From contig CAXXLZ010000001.1 of assembly GCA_963675595.2 (NCBI GenBank), positions 992,001 through 1,056,000 on the forward strand: a DNA stretch of 64,000 bases, read 5' to 3'. Source of the DNA: Thermodesulfobacteriota bacterium. Its GTDB lineage: Bacteria; Desulfobacterota; Desulfarculia; JACQYL01. Position numbers and translations under genes: made by a program. Under the pieces are notes generated by a model, which saw only the letters and a program-made list of their open reading frames with translations, ran no database searches and was not told the origin of the DNA. How positions within the stretch are numbered: position 1 is the first letter of the stretch; each line of letters begins with the position of its first letter. Of this stretch, positions 61,482 through 64,000 are shown piece after piece.

Positions 61482-62060
61482 ATGGCGCGAAATAAAGCAT
61501 CGGAACCGAGTGGAAGCGGTCGAAGAAACGCGAAGAAGGACATCGTATTGGGAAAGAAGAAAAAGGGCGGTGGATTCGTCCTGCTCGCGGTGGTCGGGGT
61601 ACTGATCGCCGGATCCGCTTTGGGTTGGTTCATTTCTTCCGAACCTCGGGAGAGTTTGGTTATCGCTCAATCTCCGCCCGTTTCTTCGGACGACGGAAGC
61701 ATCGCTTTTCCCGAAGCCATGTTCGACGACGGGGAAGCCAAATTCTTCAGCCGGGAAACGGACGATGGAATCACCATTCGTTACTTTGTGATGAAGAGTT
61801 CCGACGGGGTCGTGCGCGCTGCTTTCGACGCCTGCGACGTGTGTTGGAAGGCGGGGAAGGGGTATCAACAAAGCGGCGACGTGATGATCTGCAGGAACTG
61901 CGGCAGACGATTTCCTTCAATCAGCATCAATGAAATCAAAGGCGGGTGCAACCCCGCTCCCCTGCGCAGGGATTACCGGGACGGCGTCGTGACGATCGCT
62001 TTGAAGGACATACTGGAAGGGCGGAGATATTTTGATTTTTCCGGAAGGAGTCGATCATGA
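61482..62060 (+). CDS. DUF2318 family Cys-rich (predicted Fe-S) membrane protein
   Basis: AFDACDVC, GYQQSGD, ICRNCG, GGCNPAPL; AAGGAG SD. Confidence 0.85.
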   Translation: MARNKASEPSGSGRRNAKKDIVLGKKKKGGGFVLLAVVGVLIAGSALGWFISSEPRESLVIAQSPPVSSDDGSIAFPEAMFDDGEAKFFSRETDDGITIRYFVMKSSDGVVRAAFDACDVCWKAGKGYQQSGDVMICRNCGRRFPSISINEIKGGCNPAPLRRDYRDGVVTIALKDILEGRRYFDFSGRSRS

Positions 62061-63214
62061 CCCTGAGAGGGATCGCCTTCAGGAATCTCAAACGGCGGAA
62101 GGCCAAGGCCCTTTTCGTTCTTTGCGGGGTCACCATCTCCGTGGCCACGGTGGTGGCTCTCATCACCCTCGGCTTGGCCGTGAGCGATGCGATTACACAC
62201 AACCTGGAGAAGTTCGGCGCCAACATTCTGGTGGTCCCGAAAACCGAGAATCTCTCTTTGTCCTACGGCGGGCTCACCCTGGGAGGCGTGTCGTTCCAGA
62301 TGGAACAAATCCGTCAGTCCGACCTGAACCGCGTATCGGAGATCGAGAACTCGGCCAATGTCGCGGCCGTGGGACCCATGGTGCTCGGTGTCGTGGAAGT
62401 GAACCGAACCAGGGTCCTTCTGGCGGGAGTGGATTTCGAAACCGTAAACATACTGAAACCTTGGTGGAAGGTACGGGGTGCGCTTCCACAGCCGGGAGGA
62501 ATCCTGCTGGGGGGCGAAGCGGGACGGGTACTGGGCAATTCGGTGGGTGAATCCGTGGATATCGGCGGACGCCGTTTTACTGTGTCGGGAATTCTGGAGC
62601 CCACCGGTTCTCAGGACGATAACCTCATGTTCACTCATCTGGAAGAAGCTCAGGACGTACTCGGCATGGAAGGAAGGGTCTCAATGGTGGAAATCGCGGC
62701 CCTCTGCAAAGACTGTCCCATCGGGGACATGGTGCTCCAGCTTTCCCGAGTACTTCCCGGCGCCAATGTCATGGCGATTCAACAAGTGGTGAAGAATCGC
62801 ATGGAGACCCTCCGGCACTTCAGGAATTTCTCCCTTGCCGTTTCCGCAGTCGTACTCCTGGTGGGGACTTTGCTGGTGTTGGTGACCATTATGGGCGGCG
62901 TGCGGGAGAGGACTTCCGAGATCGGTATTTTCCGCGCCATCGGATTTCGTCGTCTTCATGTCGTCCGAATCGTGCTGATGGAGGCCGGCGTGCTCTCCTT
63001 CTTGGGTGGCCTTTTTGGGTATGCTTTGGGGTGGGCCATTACCAGGGCGGTCCTACCTTTCTTCGCGGAGGGGCATGGACTGGTTGTGCCGGTGAATGCC
63101 GTGATTGCGGGGGCCTCCCTGGCGCTCGCACTCTTCATGGGCTTGTCGGCCGGCGTCTACCCGGCCGTGCTCGCCGCGAGAATGGACCCGAGTGATTCCT
63201 TGAGAAGCCTGTAA
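62057..63214 (+). CDS. MacB/FtsX-type ABC permease
   Basis: NLKRRK, FGANILV, ERTSEIGIFRAIG, YPA. Confidence 0.88.
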   Translation: MTLRGIAFRNLKRRKAKALFVLCGVTISVATVVALITLGLAVSDAITHNLEKFGANILVVPKTENLSLSYGGLTLGGVSFQMEQIRQSDLNRVSEIENSANVAAVGPMVLGVVEVNRTRVLLAGVDFETVNILKPWWKVRGALPQPGGILLGGEAGRVLGNSVGESVDIGGRRFTVSGILEPTGSQDDNLMFTHLEEAQDVLGMEGRVSMVEIAALCKDCPIGDMVLQLSRVLPGANVMAIQQVVKNRMETLRHFRNFSLAVSAVVLLVGTLLVLVTIMGGVRERTSEIGIFRAIGFRRLHVVRIVLMEAGVLSFLGGLFGYALGWAITRAVLPFFAEGHGLVVPVNAVIAGASLALALFMGLSAGVYPAVLAARMDPSDSLRSL

Positions 63215-63225
63215 GGAGGGACGCC

Positions 63226-64000
63226 ATGAGTTGTTTGATTTGTGGAGATAACCTTGTGAAGACCTACGGCAAGGGCGATGCCGCCGTAAGTGCTCTCCGA
63301 GGGGTCGACATATCCATTGAGGCTGGTGAGTTCATCGGGATCATGGGAGAGTCGGGTTCGGGGAAGTCAACCTTGCTTTCCATCTTGGGAGCGCTCAACA
63401 CTCCCACGGCCGGAAAGTACGTGGTGGACGAGATCGATGTTTATCGGCTGAGCGGGGACCAAAGAGCGGACTTTCGCCGGGAGTTTCTGGGGTACGTATT
63501 CCAGACTTTTTTCCTCATGCCCTATCTGACGCTTTCGGAGAACGTAATGCTTCCGCTCGCCACAGCGAAACTGACCTCAAAAAGAAAGAAGGACATGGCG
63601 GAGGCCGCCCTGGACAGGGTGGGATTGTCGGGGAAGGGGGATCGATTGCCGAGCCAGGTTTCAGGAGGCGAGCAGGAGCGTGCCGCTCTGGCGCGCGCCA
63701 TTGTGAACGAGCCGCCCATTCTGTTGGCCGATGAACCCACCGGAAATCTGGACAGCGGAACCAGCGGCAGAATCATGCACTTGCTTCGTGAACTCAACCG
63801 GTCGGGAATGACCGTCGTCATGGTGACCCACAGCGAGGAGTGCTCGCGGTATGCGGAGCGGATACTCAGGCTCGCGGACGGCCGATTCTTCCCACAGGAA
63901 GGAGAACCCGGCGACGGAAAGGCTTCGTGGAAAGGAAACGGCGGGAGGCCGGCCGAATGCGCCCTGCTGGAGACGGACCTTTCCAGCGGGCCGGTAGGGT
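63226..64000 (+). CDS. LolD/MacB-type ABC ATP-binding protein (stop lies beyond the window)
   Basis: AAGGAGG SD, ATG 63226; GESGSGKST, VSGGEQER, LLADEPTGNLD, VTH. Confidence 0.9.
   Translation, partial: MSCLICGDNLVKTYGKGDAAVSALRGVDISIEAGEFIGIMGESGSGKSTLLSILGALNTPTAGKYVVDEIDVYRLSGDQRADFRREFLGYVFQTFFLMPYLTLSENVMLPLATAKLTSKRKKDMAEAALDRVGLSGKGDRLPSQVSGGEQERAALARAIVNEPPILLADEPTGNLDSGTSGRIMHLLRELNRSGMTVVMVTHSEECSRYAERILRLADGRFFPQEGEPGDGKASWKGNGGRPAECALLETDLSSGPVG

Overview
GC-rich anaerobe chromosome segment; gene content and repeat style suggest Desulfobacterota/Syntrophobacterales, which is an inference. Left to right: a truncated PAS sensor; nfnAB-like transhydrogenase; a candidate ~95-nt sRNA; a 2-hydroxyacyl-CoA-dehydratase-type pair; a 9.5-kb signalling operon (kinase-less NMT1/PAS/PocR sensor, V4R protein, soluble HAMP hybrid kinase, two HD-GYP regulators); an RPH/PPDK-like phosphotransferase and a frameshifted GH-A lipoprotein bracketed by mosaic REP-like palindromes; a 27.4-40.8 kb accessory region; sbcCD; a gspD-N T2SS operon; a TPR/YidD-like pair; a VCBS protein; and a DUF2318/ABC operon. 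Five IS elements (IS4, IS701, two IS3, IS21) can be delimited to the base by IRs and target duplications. The main candidate novelty appears when the ISs are removed from 29.4-40.8 kb: a tandem array in which a ~0.7-0.9 kb repeat built on a decayed RAYT/Y1 HUH transposase precedes each AT-rich defence-type gene (DUF4238; an IS-split ApeA-like HEPN). The array is bounded by a duplicated 3' end of sbcC. Second candidate: the split signalling system with repeated 'RFNRLxxGREER(I/M)IELK' helices. All calls are from manual motif reading; no searches were run.
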